Shown here piece after piece: positions 60,896-64,000 of a stretch of DNA of 64,000 bases; position 1 is the first letter of the stretch; each line of letters opens with the position of its first letter. The notes under the pieces were generated by a model. The model worked only from the letters and a program-made list of their open reading frames with translations. It was not told the DNA's origin and did not search any database. Location: the NCBI GenBank assembly GCA_903813345.2, contig CAIIXF020000001.1:11036001-11100000 (forward strand), given 5' to 3'. Position numbers and translations under genes: made by a program. Source of the stretch: Owenia fusiformis. Lineage: Eukaryota.

Positions 60896-63764
60896 AGGCA
60901 AGGCTATACAAAATTACAAACATTAGAATTACCCGGAAGTATTGTAAATTTGTATATGCTGAAGTATTATGGCATTGCATGCTTTAATTTTGTGAAATTA
61001 ATACCCAGTATCATAAGTTGTAACCATATAGTTATATATGTAAGCATTATTTGATACTATGATGCCTAAATGAGTACCTAAATGACAAGAAAAGTCGAAG
61101 CTTTGGATCGAGCTGATCTCTGGACGTTCTACCGGATTACGCATAACACTAGACGAAATCTAACTTGATTCCCGGGTAAAAAGTAATGGTCTAATATATT
61201 TATCAGTGATGTACCCGGGAACTAACAAGGGAGGCACCTCACCTCACAGTATATTGGAAGTGAAATGCCACTATATTCATAATACATAATATATGAATAT
61301 GATATTCTATTGGGTTTCCAGCAGACCGTCCACTGCCGGTGTGAAGTTTTTCATAAATTAAAGTTTTAAGATATTACATGGAATCAATGGATCATGATTT
61401 TTTCTTTTTCAGATGTTTGGAAATTCACGATGAAATTCTGGCGACGGGCCGTACATTCGTACAACTGTGACAATTTTCATGACAGCATATTTTTACTCAG
61501 GGTTTGTTTCGCAACAACACTGGAAAAATGGGTGATAGTAGCAACTAAAACTTTTCTCTAAAATTAGAAAAAATTACTTAGTGAAACGTTCAGATCTTTA
61601 TGATTATTTTAGTTTCTGTCAGGTGACTTTTCGAGAATACATGCATTAACTCACAGAGTTATTCCACGCTTGTCTCGGTAGAAATTTTGGGTCACCCTGT
61701 ATTTCCTTTGTTGTTATCATGAGTAAAACCTGTCCTCATGCCAACTGTGTAAAATTGGTTCACTGTGAGTACAGTGGGCCAAAAATGATACAGACAAACA
61801 ATAGGATGCGCCTTCTAAACACATACATTTACAATCATGATCAATGTTGTACACGTGTCATTGATATCATTCTCAGTTGATAAGTGCGAAACAATAAAAG
61901 AAAATGACATTGGGAGTAATTTCTATTCAATTCTACATGAAAACACGAGTTAAATAATGATAAGCGGTCGATTTATGACCATTTTCTACATACTCCACCT
62001 CAAAACAACGTGTTAAAGGAGCAATCTACCCTAAGAATAAATACAAGACTTGTACACGATAAAATGTCACCACTTGGTTACACACAGTGTTAGAGTGTGA
62101 AAACCTATCTCAATGTTAGTCCTTGAATTCGTTACCATGGTAATACATATGGACATTTTATCCTACCCAAGGTAATCGCTACATACGACTTTTAAGTCAA
62201 TCTGAACATGGGTTTTCTAGATATCACTTTGTAACAAAAGTTAGAAGTGTCCAATAATAGTCCATAATACGTTACCACGGTAACATGTGTTGCCCAAAAC
62301 TCGGACCAAAACTGTACACTCTTGTAACATCTTTATAGATACTCGTCATTGTATGAATGCCAAATCAAACTATCAGTTTCAGCTCGTTACAAATATTCTT
62401 TTTACACTTTAATTCGATGCCATGGTAACATGCATTGTCAAATATTCTCTATAACTTATGATGACATGCCAACTATGCGTTCGTTTTCAAATTTCTTAGC
62501 CGATTCGGACTGTAAAACATTCAAAAATTAAAAAGGAACGAAACAACCGATAACAAAGGGTACAATATTTTTACTATTCGTTTGTAAGATCACAAACTTT
62601 CCAACTCAACGAAAACACATCTGGAAATTGGGCACAATCATTAAAAATGTCAAGAACTCAAGATTCCCTCTTGCCTCTAGGCGTTGTCACTTTAACACGG
62701 GCAATACGAATGCGTTTGACGGGTAAAATTATCATCTCAAAGTATATAAAACTAGTTAATAGAGAGTACTATATTATTTAGGCGGTTAACCACAGATAGA
62801 GTAATCGCTTGTAAAGATATCTGCAACATGGTTTCGCCTCTGAGACAAAAGCTCTAATGACAGTTATAATCATAATTGCTTGTATTTAATGCAACTTTAA
62901 TGAATATGATATCAACACCGAATTTTCAAAGTTCTGTTGGGGTTTTTATCCAACCACAGTTATCGCACAAGATTGAAAAATAGAAGCTCCAATAAAAAAG
63001 AATGGTACAGACTAACTTAGAGACCAACTAAATACTTTCCAGTTTTCGTTTTTAGTATTTTACAATTTTAGTTTCGTTGCCAGTTGCTTATTAGTTGTCT
63101 GTAAATCAAGGCTTTGGTTGCTTTCAGAAGGTCAAGGTCATCTGTTTTCATATTGAGGTCATATGAGGCAAACGTAAAATTATCAAACTTATAAGTTAAC
63201 AACAATCTAGCATGCTAAATGAAATGATGGGATGATGGAAAATAGTTAAGTCTACTTTCATTTTCAGTATCTAAATTGGTTGAAATAATCCTTTGGTTGT
63301 TACAGTCTAGATGATAGTAATGCTGAAAGCGTACGTTCTCCCAATGTGTCGTATTTGGAAACACATACCGTATATTAATTACGTCATTTTGGCGTATTTG
63401 TTTTACCCATCCCATTTAGAATTTAACCTGAAACTAAGGACAAGAACATTGGTGTTTGGATGTTGTCATTCTGTCAACACAGTGGTACAATAAGTACTGT
63501 ACTTATACCATGTAATGTGGCTGATTGGCTTAGAAAATGTCGGCATTGGGATGAGTAATTATATTATACACTATCACACCTAGTTCGAGATTATTTACTT
63601 TTCCTGTCTGGCTTGGACACTGTTTTTTTGATTTGTTTCCGGTAAGAAACATTGTTTAACCATTCGGTATACAGTTAAGAGCATAGGATGTCGACATGGC
63701 AGTAAATATTGAAAATATTGTCCGAAATTTTCGAAATTCCCTCTTACCCGAAACAAATCCATTT

Positions 63765-63845
63765 TACACGGAAGTGACGTAACGAAAAACCAAGTTCGTG
63801 CTATTACGGAAGAGTTCGGGAAATTCCGTTATAACCGCCATCTTA
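63765..63845. promoter_or_regulatory. Possible housekeeping promoter motifs: ETS-CRE composite and YY1 site
   Basis: CGGAAGTGACGT (63769-63780) and CCGCCATCTT (63835-63844) in a CpG-richer patch; the associated gene was not identified. Confidence 0.35.
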
Positions 63846-64000
63846 ATCGAACTTCGACCAAAAGAGCCATAAGAAACAAAAAGACCTCGTTCTGCCAACT
63901 AACCCAGACAATCGGCGGTTCCAATATATTAGAAGTTACATTTTGAGTTGTAGAATGCATTGAGGTAGGTTTCTTAAGTGGAAGGGGCGTAGATAATTCT

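Noticed and set aside
59907-61054. His/Cys-rich ORFs (HCHGH repeats)
   Set aside because: Derived from the satellite inside a foldback element.

Overview
AT-rich eukaryotic genomic DNA with spliceosomal GT-AG introns and dense non-autonomous DNA transposons, most likely from an invertebrate animal; the species cannot be determined from the sequence alone. Genes, left to right: an intronless 282-aa orphan ORF; a 2-exon heparan-sulfate 3-O-sulfotransferase-like gene whose PAPS-binding and catalytic motifs are all degenerate; an intronless class A GPCR; a 9-exon 7-TM membrane protein with gustatory-receptor-like (GRL/7TMIC) architecture; RPL7 (minus, 6 exons) head-to-head with an RDH10/SDR16C5-like dehydrogenase that has two alternative last exons; and LDAH (minus), tail-to-tail with the dehydrogenase. 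Intergenic and intronic DNA holds Tc1/mariner, hAT-like (5-, 6- and 8-bp TSD), Harbinger-like, Transib-like and Helentron-like (HINE) elements, long foldbacks and minisatellites. The most notable items are the GRL/7TMIC gene, the probable pseudo-sulfotransferase, the KKxx-switching last exons, the RPL7-RDH10 arrangement that matches human, a candidate intronic H/ACA snoRNA, and a Transib-like element with CACGGTG ends. Gene models were spliced by hand and no database searches were run.
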